Source of the DNA: Polyangiaceae bacterium
Lineage (GTDB): Bacteria > Myxococcota_A > Polyangia > Polyangiales > Polyangiaceae
Assembly (NCBI GenBank): GCA_044376115.1
Contig: JBILLK010000003.1
Span: 224,001 to 288,000, forward strand
Direction of reading: 5' to 3'
DNA: 64,000 bases
Of the stretch, positions 38,962 to 49,072 are shown in pieces. The first letter of the stretch is position 1. Every line of letters starts with the position of its first letter. A model generated the notes under the pieces. The model had not been told where the DNA came from. It worked only from the letters and a program-made list of their open reading frames with translations, and made no database searches. Position numbers and translations under genes: made by a program.

Positions 38962-41262
38962 GTGGCGGTCGTTTGGTTTCAGAAAGAGATCCCACCCTGG
39001 CTTCCGCCGCTCGCGGATGCTCTGGGTGTGGTCGTCACCGGCTTTGATCCGCGCTCGATTACGACTCGCAACGACCCGTTCGTAGTGCTGCTCGATGCTC
39101 GCGAGGAGGACCCGGAGATGCTCGCGAGGCGTGCTCGCGAGGCGTTTGGCGCAGAAGCCGTGCTCGTTGCGCTCACAGGGCTCGAGGGGCTTCCGGACTC
39201 GGTCAAGCCGCTCGTGGACGTTTCTGCGGCGGCCGCGACGCATGTGGTTTTGCCGGTGCTGCGGCTGGCGCTCACGCTCGCTTCAGAACGCCGCAAACGT
39301 CGAACAGCTGAGTCCCGCGTCGCCCATCTGCGCAGCCAACCCTCGAGTGATCGCATCGCCTTCGACCTCGGTGGGGCAGCGCTCGCAGCCGCTCGCCTGG
39401 GCGTCGTCATGTTCGATAACACGCTCACCTGCCGCGTATGGAATCGCTTCCTCGAGCAACGGCTAGGGATTCCGGCGCAGGAGGTGCTCGGCCGGCGGCT
39501 CGACAAGTTCGCCCTCGCGTTGCCGCTCCACGAGCTCGCAGAGAAGGCCCTGGCTGGAGATCTGGTCGACACCGGCGAGGTGCGGACGCAGGACCCAACC
39601 ACAGGCGCTGTGCTGTGGCTGCACGTGATTGCCAACCCCATCTACGACGACGCCGGCGAGGTCCCTCGCGGCGTTGCTGCCGTCGTGCGCGACCTCACGC
39701 CCCAGCGAGTCGCCGAGGAGTTGCGCTACCAGACCGAGCGTGAATTCCGAGCGTTGCTCGACGCGCTGCTCGAGGCAGGCATCGTGCACGTGGACGGGCG
39801 CATCGCCTTCGCCAACGCAACGACGGCGACCTTGACTCGACACGGGGACGCAGCCGACTTCATTGGCCGCACGTTCGTCGAGCTCTTCTCGGCCGAAGAT
39901 CGAAAGGCCGCGCTCGAGCATGTTCGTGGGGCCATGACGGGCGCGCGAATGCCTCCGCAGGAGCTGCGACTGCTGCGTAAAGACGGCAGCATGCTGGTGG
40001 TGGAGATGACCTCGGCCCTCGTGCATTTCGACGGGCGAGCCAGCGTCTTTTCGGTCGCGCGCGACGTGACCGAACGCAAAGAGTTGCAAGAACGTGTAGC
40101 CACGACGGACAGGCTCGTATCCATGGGCGTGCTCGCCGCTGGCGTTGCCCATGAGATCAACAACCCGCTGACCGCGTTGGTATCGAGCCTCGATTTCCTC
40201 GATGAGGAGATCGACCGCTTGGTGGTACCGCGCTTGGAGGCCAACAACGGTGAGCAGGAAGAGATCCACGATCTGCTGCTGACCAGCAAAGAGGCCACCT
40301 ACAGGATCCGCGACATCGTGCGAGATCTGCGGCTCTTCACGCGGCCGCATGAGGAGCGCTCCTCCACGGTTGATTTGCGGGAGACGCTCGATTCGACAGC
40401 CCGCCTCGCGCGCATCGAGATCCGGCATCGTGCACGGCTGGTGAAGGAGTTTCGTCCCGTTCCGCTCGTTCACGGCAATGAGGCGCGGCTGGGGCAGGTT
40501 TTCCTCAACCTCGTGATGAACGCAGCCCAAGCGATCGCTGAGGGAGAGGTCGAGCGCAACGAGATCACGCTGGCGACCGATACGGACGAGCAGGGCAACG
40601 CCGTGGTCGAGGTGCGTGATACAGGCCGCGGTATCTCGCCCACCATCCTGCCGCATATCTTCGAGCCGTTCTTCACGACCAAGCCAGTCGGTGTCGGCAC
40701 CGGCTTGGGACTATCGATCTCGCGGCGCATCATCCAAAGCGCCGGAGGTCAGCTGGAGGCTCACAGCGAGCCAGGCAAAGGCGCTGTTTTCCGTGTCACC
40801 TTGCCGGCGCTGACCGTGCGAACGCCCGTTTTCGCGAGTGACGCTCCTCGTCGCAACATCGTCGCGCGCGGCCGCCTGTTGGTCGTCGACGATGACGTGG
40901 CCGTTCGGCGCGCACTCATTCGCATCTTGGGGGACGGTCACGACGTGGTGACGGTGAGCTCTGGCGCCGAGGCGATTGAGACCGTGCTCTGGGGAGAACG
41001 GTTCGACGTGATCCTGTGCGACCTAATGATGCCGCGGGTAACCGGAGATCGTTGTTATGAGCGAGTGCTCGAGATCGCTCCCGAGCAAGCGCGCAGATTC
41101 GTTTTCATGACGGGCGGGGCGTTCACTCCCAGCGCCCGCGCGTTCTTGGAGAAGACCAACGCGCCACTGATTGAAAAGCCGTTCGACCTCAACTTGCTGC
41201 GCAACGTGATTCAGGAGGTGATGACCATCCCTGTGCGCAACAGTGAACTACCTGCTCGTTAG
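38962..41262 (+). CDS. Hybrid sensor histidine kinase (2 PAS + HisKA + HATPase + REC)
   Basis: RDLT and RDVTERK PAS ends; AHEINNPL, QVFLNLVMNA, DTGRG, FEPFFTTK, GTGLGL; VVDDD, DLMMP, KPF. Confidence 0.93.
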   Translation: MAVVWFQKEIPPWLPPLADALGVVVTGFDPRSITTRNDPFVVLLDAREEDPEMLARRAREAFGAEAVLVALTGLEGLPDSVKPLVDVSAAAATHVVLPVLRLALTLASERRKRRTAESRVAHLRSQPSSDRIAFDLGGAALAAARLGVVMFDNTLTCRVWNRFLEQRLGIPAQEVLGRRLDKFALALPLHELAEKALAGDLVDTGEVRTQDPTTGAVLWLHVIANPIYDDAGEVPRGVAAVVRDLTPQRVAEELRYQTEREFRALLDALLEAGIVHVDGRIAFANATTATLTRHGDAADFIGRTFVELFSAEDRKAALEHVRGAMTGARMPPQELRLLRKDGSMLVVEMTSALVHFDGRASVFSVARDVTERKELQERVATTDRLVSMGVLAAGVAHEINNPLTALVSSLDFLDEEIDRLVVPRLEANNGEQEEIHDLLLTSKEATYRIRDIVRDLRLFTRPHEERSSTVDLRETLDSTARLARIEIRHRARLVKEFRPVPLVHGNEARLGQVFLNLVMNAAQAIAEGEVERNEITLATDTDEQGNAVVEVRDTGRGISPTILPHIFEPFFTTKPVGVGTGLGLSISRRIIQSAGGQLEAHSEPGKGAVFRVTLPALTVRTPVFASDAPRRNIVARGRLLVVDDDVAVRRALIRILGDGHDVVTVSSGAEAIETVLWGERFDVILCDLMMPRVTGDRCYERVLEIAPEQARRFVFMTGGAFTPSARAFLEKTNAPLIEKPFDLNLLRNVIQEVMTIPVRNSELPAR

Positions 41263-41269
41263 CGTTGGT

Positions 41270-41848
41270 TCAGACGATGCGCAGCGGCTTCTTCGGATCG
41301 AGCATGTAGCCTTCGTTGCGGGTCAGCAGGCAGGAGTCGAGGCCGAGGGTTCGCAGCGTCCAAACCGCTGTGTAGACGCGTCGGACCTGAGACTCGTAAG
41401 GGATCTTCTCGCCCGGCCAGCCAAGTTGAAACAGGTCGTTGACCGAGAGCGTGACCCCCGGCTGGGTTGCACGATGTTGCGCCAAAGAGAGCAGAATCCG
41501 TCGAACGGCGCCGCGACGCCCCATATCAATCTTCGGGCCGCCGAGCTGAAACCAAGTGCCGTCTTCGGCGATCGCGATCCCCTCGGACTCGGTGGCTTCA
41601 AGCGCTACACCCAGCGCCAGGAACAGCTCGCGCGCCTCGCGAAGTTCGGCCCGAAGTACGGCGTCGGGATTGGTGACTGCACCGCCGTTCACGCTGGCTA
41701 GCACCCGACGGGCGGCTGCAAGCAGCTCCGTTAGGCCCAGCTCCATCAAGCTGGGCGTGTCGTTTCCGCGTTGGACCGAAGTTCCTTCGATCGCGGGGAG
41801 CGTCTCGTCGGTGGAGAGGGTCAGAGGAAGCGATTGGGCGTCGAGCAT
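41270..41848 (-). CDS. Hypothetical protein with C-terminal winged-helix-like module
   Basis: RRILL.L, GWPGE, RVYTAVWTLR.LGL, EGY.LDP; start placed at ATG 41848. Confidence 0.65.
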   Translation of the reverse strand: MLDAQSLPLTLSTDETLPAIEGTSVQRGNDTPSLMELGLTELLAAARRVLASVNGGAVTNPDAVLRAELREARELFLALGVALEATESEGIAIAEDGTWFQLGGPKIDMGRRGAVRRILLSLAQHRATQPGVTLSVNDLFQLGWPGEKIPYESQVRRVYTAVWTLRTLGLDSCLLTRNEGYMLDPKKPLRIV

Positions 41849-41860
41849 GGCTGTCCCTAT

Positions 41861-41876
41861 TCGAGAAACGTGCCAA
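41861..41876 (-). promoter_or_regulatory. Putative sigma54 promoter (perfect -24, variant -12)
   Basis: TTGGCACG-TTTC-TCGA; the -12 position lies 13 nt before ATG 41848. Confidence 0.45.
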
Positions 41877-41958
41877 CTCAAAATGCCCCAAACTCCCGCA
41901 ATTTCCTGCGGTGTGCCACGACCGTCAGAGTTGTAACGGTCAGGGTCGGACGTCCGCG

Positions 41959-43890
41959 TCAGTGCTGTTGCGCTTCGGCCGGCGCCGGCACCAGGGCTCT
42001 GCGCGGCTTGCGAAACAGTGGCGGTGCGTCCTTCTTGGCCTGGACCTTCTTCTTGGCGCGCGGTCGGGCTCGAAGCTCGGTGGTGCTCGGGAGCCGCGAG
42101 ATGGTGGAGGCGAACATCACGTCAAGCGAGCGGGTGAGGGTGCGCGCGTTGGTGTTGGGCAGGTTCATTCGGGCGAGGTAGTCGAGCGCGCTGTCCACTT
42201 GGCCCACCCTGAGCAGCAGCTTGGCTTGGACGGTGGCCACGGCCTGCGTCACCTCTTGGGTCTCGGGGTCGCCGCCCGGACGTCGGGCGATCTCGGAGAC
42301 CCGGCCCATCTGGCTGAGCGTCGCGTCCACGTCGAAGGTGCGTTCGTGCGTGGTTTTGGGCTCCGAGTCGAACTCGAGCCAAGCGCCTCGCGGGCTGAGG
42401 TGGTCGTAGATTCCAGCGTCCCAACCGACCTCTGGCACGAGGAACAACGATCGGCCGTCCGCGAGCTCGCTCAGGCTCCACTCGTCGGCCGTGCCCTCGA
42501 GCGCAACCGTGCGCAGAAACGGCTCGATGCGCGGTTCACTCGTGAGCAAGCTCGTAGCGATGCGACCGCGATGAAGCAGCCGTTTGGGGATGACCAGTAC
42601 ATCGCGTCGGCGCCCTTCTACGGCTTGGGCTGCGAGCAGGCGCCACGTCACGCGCGGGTCGTCCACGATCACGGCAGCGTTCAGTGGCAGCTGGTCCAGC
42701 GCGATTTCGGTGAAGCAATCCGCGCCATCGTGAGCCGAACGATCGGCGATGAACCCCGCCTGCTCCGAGAGCAGCGCGATTACGGTGAAGTGAATCGCCA
42801 CCACCAGGACGGCTCCCGCCCTAGCGAAAGGCACGCGGTTTTTGACCAACAAGGCCAACGTCGAAAACACGCCCGTCGCCGCCAGGGCGCACAGGGTTGC
42901 GAAGCTCAAGGCGCGCACAGCGAGCGTCCCCTCGGTTGGGCCGATCACTCCGAGCAACCCTACGTCGATTACGCAGGCAATCGCAGCCACACGCACGAAG
43001 CCGATGCCGTGACCGTTGCGCACCGCGAGCCCACAGCCGAGCACAGCGCCAACTCCGGCGACCCAGCCGATCTCGCTGGAGAAGGCGGTCAGAACCGGCC
43101 GCACGAGCGAGGCTCCTGCAGGCAGAGCAGAGCCCCAGAGAAAGGGACCTCCTAGGTCGACGCTCGTGTTCGGGGCGAAGGCGCGAACGATGCCAGAAAC
43201 CGACCCGAGGGCTGCGGCAACAGCGAACAAGGCGACGGCGAGCGGTTGAACACGGTCGGGGAGGTTCTCGGCTCCGATCCGTGGCCTTCGCGGCGCGGTT
43301 CCGCGACGGTTGGGCCAAAGCCAAGCCGCGCAGGTCGCCAGCGCAGTGAGCGCAACCACGGCGTTCTCTGCGAAGGCCAGGCCCAACAAGATCGCGGTCT
43401 CGGCGAGCTGAAGCACCGGCCGGTTCGGATTGCGGTTCGCAACACGGGTGACCACACCGAGGGCGAGCGCTGCGCCCAACAGCGAACTGCCGCTGGCGGT
43501 TGCTTCGAGCTGCAACGTTGGCGACATGCAGGCCAGCAAAGTGGCGATGGTGGCGAACGCCGGCACGGCGAAGCGTGAGGGATTCAGCCCAGCCCCGACC
43601 TCCACACTGCGCAAAGCCAAGCTCGCGAAGCGGAACAGAAGGGAGGCGAACAGCCCCAAGGCCAGGACCGAGACCAACGTTGCTCGAAAGGTCTGCGAGC
43701 CAACGGGGAGCATCAACGTCAGCTGACTGAGGACCGTACTGACCCCACCACCCCAGCCCATGCCCGCGAGGGCGACGTCACGCACCACCCCTACATCCCC
43801 TCGCCACTGAGCAAGTGACGAGGAGCGCGCCAGCGCCGACCCGAGGGGCAGCGACCAGGCCACAAAGCCGCAGAACCGCTCGAAGCGCAC
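41959..43890 (-). CDS. DUF2723/TMEM260-like GT-C membrane protein with degenerate N-terminal motif
   Basis: W.GD...G...G......LP.GS..FRA.L.S and LDQLP.NA......D....LL..Q.VEG.R.DV.VI; many TM helices. Confidence 0.65.
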   Translation of the reverse strand: MRFERFCGFVAWSLPLGSALARSSSLAQWRGDVGVVRDVALAGMGWGGGVSTVLSQLTLMLPVGSQTFRATLVSVLALGLFASLLFRFASLALRSVEVGAGLNPSRFAVPAFATIATLLACMSPTLQLEATASGSSLLGAALALGVVTRVANRNPNRPVLQLAETAILLGLAFAENAVVALTALATCAAWLWPNRRGTAPRRPRIGAENLPDRVQPLAVALFAVAAALGSVSGIVRAFAPNTSVDLGGPFLWGSALPAGASLVRPVLTAFSSEIGWVAGVGAVLGCGLAVRNGHGIGFVRVAAIACVIDVGLLGVIGPTEGTLAVRALSFATLCALAATGVFSTLALLVKNRVPFARAGAVLVVAIHFTVIALLSEQAGFIADRSAHDGADCFTEIALDQLPLNAAVIVDDPRVTWRLLAAQAVEGRRRDVLVIPKRLLHRGRIATSLLTSEPRIEPFLRTVALEGTADEWSLSELADGRSLFLVPEVGWDAGIYDHLSPRGAWLEFDSEPKTTHERTFDVDATLSQMGRVSEIARRPGGDPETQEVTQAVATVQAKLLLRVGQVDSALDYLARMNLPNTNARTLTRSLDVMFASTISRLPSTTELRARPRAKKKVQAKKDAPPLFRKPRRALVPAPAEAQQH

Positions 43891-44073
43891 GCCCTCCCAT
43901 CGCGAAAATGCGGTGTCGCGGCCAAGTTTTCGGATGGATTGACTTACTGCCCGGGGAGCGGCGCAATTTTGGTCCGAGAGCGCGCAGTTCGACTAATCCA
44001 GAGCGTGACTGGAGGAATGACGAGCTTCGCTCCGCGGGAACCGAGGAGAGGACGTCAACCTCAGGAGGAACTT

Positions 44074-45969
44074 GTGAGCCGATTCATCGACGAACTCAAA
44101 CGAACCCACCGATGTGGCGCCCTCCGCGCAGCGAACGAAGGCGAGGTGGTGGTCCTTTTCGGATGGGTCGCGTCTCGACGCGACCATGGTGGCTGCATCT
44201 TCGTGGATCTTCGTGATCGCACCGGAGTGACTCAGGTCGTCTTCGATCGGGACTACGCGCAAAAGCACCCGAGCTTCGCGCAGCACGCCAATGAGGCGCT
44301 CGTTGGTGAGGCGCACAAGTTGGGCGAGCAGATCCGCGGTGAGTGGGTCATCGGCATTCGTGGCTTCGTAGTCTCACGCGGCACCAACAAGAACCCGAAG
44401 ATCGCCACCGGCGAGATCGAGGTCCTGGTGCTCGAGGCCACCGTGTTCAACAAGGCCGAGACCCCGCCGTTCGAGGTCGCCGACGAGATCGACACCCGTG
44501 AAGAGGTTCGGCTCGAGCATCGTTACGTGGATCTGCGGCGCTCCTCGCTGCAGCGCAACCTGATGCTGCGTCACCGCGTGAATCACGCGACGCGCAACTA
44601 CCTTTCGGATCAGGGCTGCCTCGAGCTCGAGACGCCCTACCTCGTCAAGTACACGCCAGGTGGGGCTCGTAACTTCCTGGTTCCGGCGCGTGCTGCGCCG
44701 GGGAAGTTCTTCGCCCTGGCCGAGAGCCCCCAGCTCTACAAGCAGCTGCTGATGGTGGCCGGCTTCGATCGCTACTTCCAAATCGTGAAGTGCTTCCGCG
44801 ATGAAGACTCGCGATTGGACCGTCAGCCTGAGTTTACGCAGATCGATATCGAGCTCTCCTTCACCAACCAGGATGAAATCTTCCGCCTGATCGAGGGCCT
44901 CGTGTTCTCGATTTGGAAGGCCGCTTTGGATATCGACTTGGGTCAGCTGTACCCGTCCGGAAAATTCCCTGAGCTCCCGTTTGAAGAGGCGATGCGGCTC
45001 TACGGCAGTGACAAGCCCGATCTCCGCTTCGGCTTGCCCCACGTCGACCTCACCGATCTGATCCTCAAACACGAGGGCGGCGGTGTGCCGTTCTGGGCGG
45101 AGATCAGCGAGAAGTACAAATCCGGCGCCCTCCGACTCGAGACCAAGCCGGAGATCATCAAGGCCCTCGTCATCCCGGCCTCGGCCAACCTTTCGCGACC
45201 CCAGCTCGAAGAGCTCGAGAAGGGCTTGAAGGAGATTCGTGGCTTCCGCGGCTTGGCTCGCGCCAAAGTTGGTGAAGACGGCTCGTGGACTCAGTCGCCT
45301 TTGGCGAAGTCGGTGACTGACGAAATGCGGATCGCGATCAACGAGGCGGTCTCTGCGAAGCCGGGCGACGTCGTGTGTTTCCAGTTCGGCAAAGAGACGT
45401 TGGTGCACACGGTGATGGCGCGGCTGCGCTCCGACGTCGCCAAGCGCATGAACCTCATTCCCGCCTACGGCCACGGCGGCCAGTGGAACTTCCTGTGGGT
45501 CGTCAATCCGCCGCTCTTCGAGTACGACGAAGACGCGAAACGCTTTGCGGCTGCCCACCACGCCTTCACCCGTCCGATGGATGAGCACCTCCCGCTGCTC
45601 GAGACCGATCCGGCTCGCGTCAATTGTTACCGCTACGACCTCGTGCTGAACGGCTTCGAGATCGGTGGTGGCAGCGTTCGTCTTCACGACCCGGAGGTGC
45701 AGAAGCGCGTCTTCGCTGTGTTGGGCATCGACGAAGGCGATGCGAAGGAGAAGTTCGGCTTCTTACTCGACGGTTTGCGCAGCGGAGCCCCGCCGCACGG
45801 TGGTATCGCGCTCGGTATGGATCGGCTGGCCATGCTGCTCACCGGAGCGCAGACGTTGCGCGACGTGATCCCGTTCCCCAAGACCAACCAGGCCACCGAC
45901 CTGCTCACGGGCGCGCCCGTCACGGTCGAGGCCGAACAATTGGCGGAGCTGCGTATCAAGAGTGTCTGA
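44074..45969 (+). CDS. aspS: Aspartate--tRNA ligase
   Basis: AGGAGG RBS then GTG 44074; RTH.CG, RRDHGG..F.DLRD, GARNFLVP, SPQLYKQ, CFRDED.R.DRQPEFTQ, HHAFT, GAPPHGG.A.G.DR. Confidence 0.97.
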   Translation: MSRFIDELKRTHRCGALRAANEGEVVVLFGWVASRRDHGGCIFVDLRDRTGVTQVVFDRDYAQKHPSFAQHANEALVGEAHKLGEQIRGEWVIGIRGFVVSRGTNKNPKIATGEIEVLVLEATVFNKAETPPFEVADEIDTREEVRLEHRYVDLRRSSLQRNLMLRHRVNHATRNYLSDQGCLELETPYLVKYTPGGARNFLVPARAAPGKFFALAESPQLYKQLLMVAGFDRYFQIVKCFRDEDSRLDRQPEFTQIDIELSFTNQDEIFRLIEGLVFSIWKAALDIDLGQLYPSGKFPELPFEEAMRLYGSDKPDLRFGLPHVDLTDLILKHEGGGVPFWAEISEKYKSGALRLETKPEIIKALVIPASANLSRPQLEELEKGLKEIRGFRGLARAKVGEDGSWTQSPLAKSVTDEMRIAINEAVSAKPGDVVCFQFGKETLVHTVMARLRSDVAKRMNLIPAYGHGGQWNFLWVVNPPLFEYDEDAKRFAAAHHAFTRPMDEHLPLLETDPARVNCYRYDLVLNGFEIGGGSVRLHDPEVQKRVFAVLGIDEGDAKEKFGFLLDGLRSGAPPHGGIALGMDRLAMLLTGAQTLRDVIPFPKTNQATDLLTGAPVTVEAEQLAELRIKSV

Positions 45970-46297
45970 CCGTCGCGTTGGCTCCGCTCTCGTGTGCTTG
46001 GTCTGCCTTTGCTTGGGCTGTGGGGATGCGTTGCTCACGTATCCCCTCAAGGCCCAGGCCTACGATCAAGACGCCGACTGCCTTGCGCCTGAAGAGGTGA
46101 TCGACGTCATCGAGGGAGAACCAGGTCCGACCTGCGAAGGGGTGCTTTGTCTGCAGTCCGAGGAGACGGGCACCTACTTCATCACGCCCAACTGCGAGGC
46201 TCCTCCGTTCTATGTGGATCACACCGACGACGAGACTGGCGTCTGCGTAGCGGCGCTGGCGGCGTGGGAGCGAGGCGAGGATGGCGCCTGCCCGTGA
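45962..46297 (+). CDS. Small acidic Cys-rich lipoprotein
   Basis: Lipobox CLGC; six more Cys in the mature part; overlaps the aspS stop. Confidence 0.7.
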   Translation: MSDRRVGSALVCLVCLCLGCGDALLTYPLKAQAYDQDADCLAPEEVIDVIEGEPGPTCEGVLCLQSEETGTYFITPNCEAPPFYVDHTDDETGVCVAALAAWERGEDGACP

Positions 46298-46300
46298 TAA

Positions 46301-46327
46301 GGCCCGAATGACGCGAGTCATTGGGCC
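46301..46327 (+). terminator. Hairpin with GNRA loop ending the aspS operon
   Basis: GGCCC-G-AATGAC-GCGA-GTCATT-GGGCC directly after TGA TAA. Confidence 0.55.
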
Positions 46328-46421
46328 GAAGGTGGATGCAGTATTTTGAGCCGGTCTCGCTGTTTTCGCTTTGGCGTCTATAGAACAACGCGTATGCATC
46401 GAGCGTTGTTCGGGGTGCTCT

Positions 46422-47846
46422 GTGTCTGGTCGCATACTCGTCGTTGATGACAGCGCGACCATCCTGAAGGTGGTCAGCGCAATCTTGGAGCGTCGCGGTT
46501 TTGCGGCCTCCACGGCGCGTGATGGAGCCGCAGGCCTCAACAAGCTGCGCGCCGAGGGCCCCTTCGATCTCGTGCTGGTCGACTTCGTCATGCCCAAGAT
46601 GAACGGCTTCCAGTTCTGTCGTGAACTGCGTCGGGATCCGTCGAGCAAGCACCTGCCGGTGATCTTGATGAGCGCGAAGAGCGACCGCATTCGCCAGCAG
46701 TTCGTCGAGCAGACGGGGGCACTGGACGCGATCAGCAAGCCGTTCGATGCACGCTCGCTGGTGGCGGTGATCGAGGGGGTGTTGGCCAAGGTCAAATCGG
46801 GCCGCGCACCGCTGACGCTCGATCTCGAAACGCTCGACGAAGAAGCGATCAGCGAGCGAGAGGCCCCACCCTCGATGGCACCGGACAAGGTCGCGAGCGA
46901 GGCTGTGCCGGCCCTTGCACGTTACCTGGCCAGCAGCCTCGTCAAGGGCGCACCATCAGGCTTCGAACGCTCCACCGAGGTCCTTCGTGAGGCGCTGCTC
47001 GAGGCTCCGAAGTCGCTCTTGCAATCGGCGTTTGCTGCGCTCAGCGGCCGGGATGGTCGGCCGATCCTCTCGGGGGACATGGCCCATGTCTCGCTCGCAG
47101 AGGTGATGCAGGTACTACAAATGCAGAAGCAGTCCGGCTCGCTCTTTCTCGCCACGGCGGGGCGCTCGGTCACCCTCTATTTCCGAGATGGCCTGGTGGA
47201 TCTCGGCCAGTCGGAGAGTGAAAAGAATGAGTTTCGCCTCGGGCGCTACTTCGTTGAGGCCGGCCACGTAAGTCGCAAAGAGGTTGAGGCCTTCGCCAAG
47301 TCGAGTCGCGAGCGGAACCGCAAGATCGGTGATGAGCTGGTTGCCGCCGGGAAGATCTCGGAGACCGCACGCACCGAGGCGCTGGTTCGTCAAACCAGCG
47401 AGGTCGTCTACGATCTGGTTCGCTGGCAGACAGGAAGCTTCTGGTTCATCCATGAACCCGCCTCAGAGGAAGCGGTCGCAGCCAAGCTTGGTTTGGGCGT
47501 TCCCGGCCTCATCTTCGAGGGGTTCCGTCGCGTGGATGAGTGGCGCTTGATGGAGGGCAAGATCCTCTGGGACAACGTGATGTCGGTCGATGAGGCGACG
47601 CTCAAGCCACTCAGTGACTCGTTGACTAGGCCCGAGCGGATGGTGATCGCTGCCGTGGACGGTGCGCGCACCGTGACCGAGATCGTCAACGAGTGTGACC
47701 TAGCCCACTTTGACGCGCTCAAGGTGCTCTACCAACTTCAAGGTTCGCGTGTCCTCCGCCCTGTGGTGCAGCCCGGCCGGCGCAGTGAGGCGGGCCGCCC
47801 TGTTGATGAAGGCACCACGGAGCACGGGGATGCCACCGAGGCCTGA
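46422..47846 (+). CDS. Response regulator, REC + DUF4388 (PatA-N-like)
   Basis: ILVVDDS, DFVMPKMNG, MSA, KPF; LSGD....SLAEVMQ.L......G.L, RLG, W.TG.F.F, EG.RRVDEW. GTG 46422 chosen as start. Confidence 0.88.
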   Translation: MSGRILVVDDSATILKVVSAILERRGFAASTARDGAAGLNKLRAEGPFDLVLVDFVMPKMNGFQFCRELRRDPSSKHLPVILMSAKSDRIRQQFVEQTGALDAISKPFDARSLVAVIEGVLAKVKSGRAPLTLDLETLDEEAISEREAPPSMAPDKVASEAVPALARYLASSLVKGAPSGFERSTEVLREALLEAPKSLLQSAFAALSGRDGRPILSGDMAHVSLAEVMQVLQMQKQSGSLFLATAGRSVTLYFRDGLVDLGQSESEKNEFRLGRYFVEAGHVSRKEVEAFAKSSRERNRKIGDELVAAGKISETARTEALVRQTSEVVYDLVRWQTGSFWFIHEPASEEAVAAKLGLGVPGLIFEGFRRVDEWRLMEGKILWDNVMSVDEATLKPLSDSLTRPERMVIAAVDGARTVTEIVNECDLAHFDALKVLYQLQGSRVLRPVVQPGRRSEAGRPVDEGTTEHGDATEA

Positions 47847-48243
47847 AGGTCTATTCGTGGTCGGACCGCTGCCCTTCGACAGCAGCGGCTCTGGCTCCTT
47901 CATCCCCACCGTTGACGTACTGTGCGTGGCTCAACCGAGCGCCGTCGAGCGCTTGGCTTCCTTTCCAGAGTTGGAGGTCGGACTTGCGATGGTGGACGGT
48001 GAACTCTTGTCGGCCGTCGGAGGCCAGGGCTCCTTCGCCCGTGCGCAACTTGGCGTGGTCCTGCTCGACCCGGCGACGGAGGAGCGCATTCTGCTGTTGG
48101 TCGGTGGTGCCAAACTCGCGCCGATCGGAGCCGACGCAAAGGGCGGTGCGCAGGCGGCCGTGAGGGCCGTTAACGTCAAGGACCTGATGGAGCGGGTTGC
48201 GCTCGTCTCCCGACTCGAACGAAAGCGCATGTTTCAGGCCTGA
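47830..48243 (+). CDS. Divergent CheW-like adaptor
   Basis: V..V..V......V.RL...P....GLA.V.GE...V pattern; position between response regulator and MCP. Start uncertain. Confidence 0.55.
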   Translation: MPPRPEGLFVVGPLPFDSSGSGSFIPTVDVLCVAQPSAVERLASFPELEVGLAMVDGELLSAVGGQGSFARAQLGVVLLDPATEERILLLVGGAKLAPIGADAKGGAQAAVRAVNVKDLMERVALVSRLERKRMFQA

Positions 48244-48271
48244 GTCGAGGCTCCCAGCATAGTATGCGCGG

Positions 48272-49072
48272 ATGAGTTCGGTTCGATCGCGGCGACGTTG
48301 GCTCGAGGTCTTTCGCAGAACCGCTGGCTTCGATGCTGCGGAGCCACGGCCAGCGTTGGATGACGCTGAGCTGTGGGTGGCCGAAGAGCAGATTGCCCGC
48401 AGTATTGCCGATGCCGAGAAGGTCACCGAGCGGCTTGCCGCGACCGCAGCTCGCCATCGCTCCGGCGTCGAGGCCATCAAGGAGAAGTCCAACGACTTTC
48501 AAGGCCGAACGCGCAGTGTCTCGAGTGAGCTGCACGAGCTTTCGAGCACGCTCGACAAACTCAGCGTCGTGGCCCTCAACGCAGGACTGGAGGGGGCGCG
48601 CAATGTCGAGGGCAACGGGCGTGCGCTATCGCTCGTTTCGGATGAACTGCGAACGCATCTCGGTCGCGCAGGGGACGCGCTGCGTACGCTGCAACACGAG
48701 CTCGGCGGTCTGCAAGGCGCGGTGGATGAGCTCGGTTCGCGCATCGATGCAGCGACGCGGGATGCTCAAGAGGTTGGGCAAGACGCCGTGCAACTCAAAG
48801 GGGTGCTTCAAGCCGGAGCCAGCTCGATAGGCGAGTTGGAGAGTCGGCTTCGCAAAGCTACCGGTCTGGATCCCGAGGTAGCAAAGCTCGTGTCTGCAGC
48901 TGGACTCCACGCCAAGGGTTTGGTCAGCGCGCTGACCGGCCTGGATGGTCGCGGCGCTACCGAGGCCACCCGCTCGCTTGGCCCAGCGCTCGCGCCAGTC
49001 AGGCGACTTCTAAGCTCGGTTGCGCCCGGTCTTGATTCGGCTCGTGCGGACGACCGCGAGCCTTCGGGTTGA
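48272..49072 (+). CDS. Soluble, divergent methyl-accepting chemotaxis signalling-domain protein
   Basis: LSVVALNAGLEGARNVEGNGRALSLVSDELR aligns with the MCP hairpin tip; coiled-coil flanks; no TM helix. Confidence 0.8.
   Translation: MSSVRSRRRWLEVFRRTAGFDAAEPRPALDDAELWVAEEQIARSIADAEKVTERLAATAARHRSGVEAIKEKSNDFQGRTRSVSSELHELSSTLDKLSVVALNAGLEGARNVEGNGRALSLVSDELRTHLGRAGDALRTLQHELGGLQGAVDELGSRIDAATRDAQEVGQDAVQLKGVLQAGASSIGELESRLRKATGLDPEVAKLVSAAGLHAKGLVSALTGLDGRGATEATRSLGPALAPVRRLLSSVAPGLDSARADDREPSG

Noticed and set aside
34024..46888. Long antisense ORFs (34024..35175, 39463..40656, 44374..45687, 45956..46888)
   Set aside because: They mirror well-supported genes on the other strand, have no motifs, and are expected from GC-biased codon usage.
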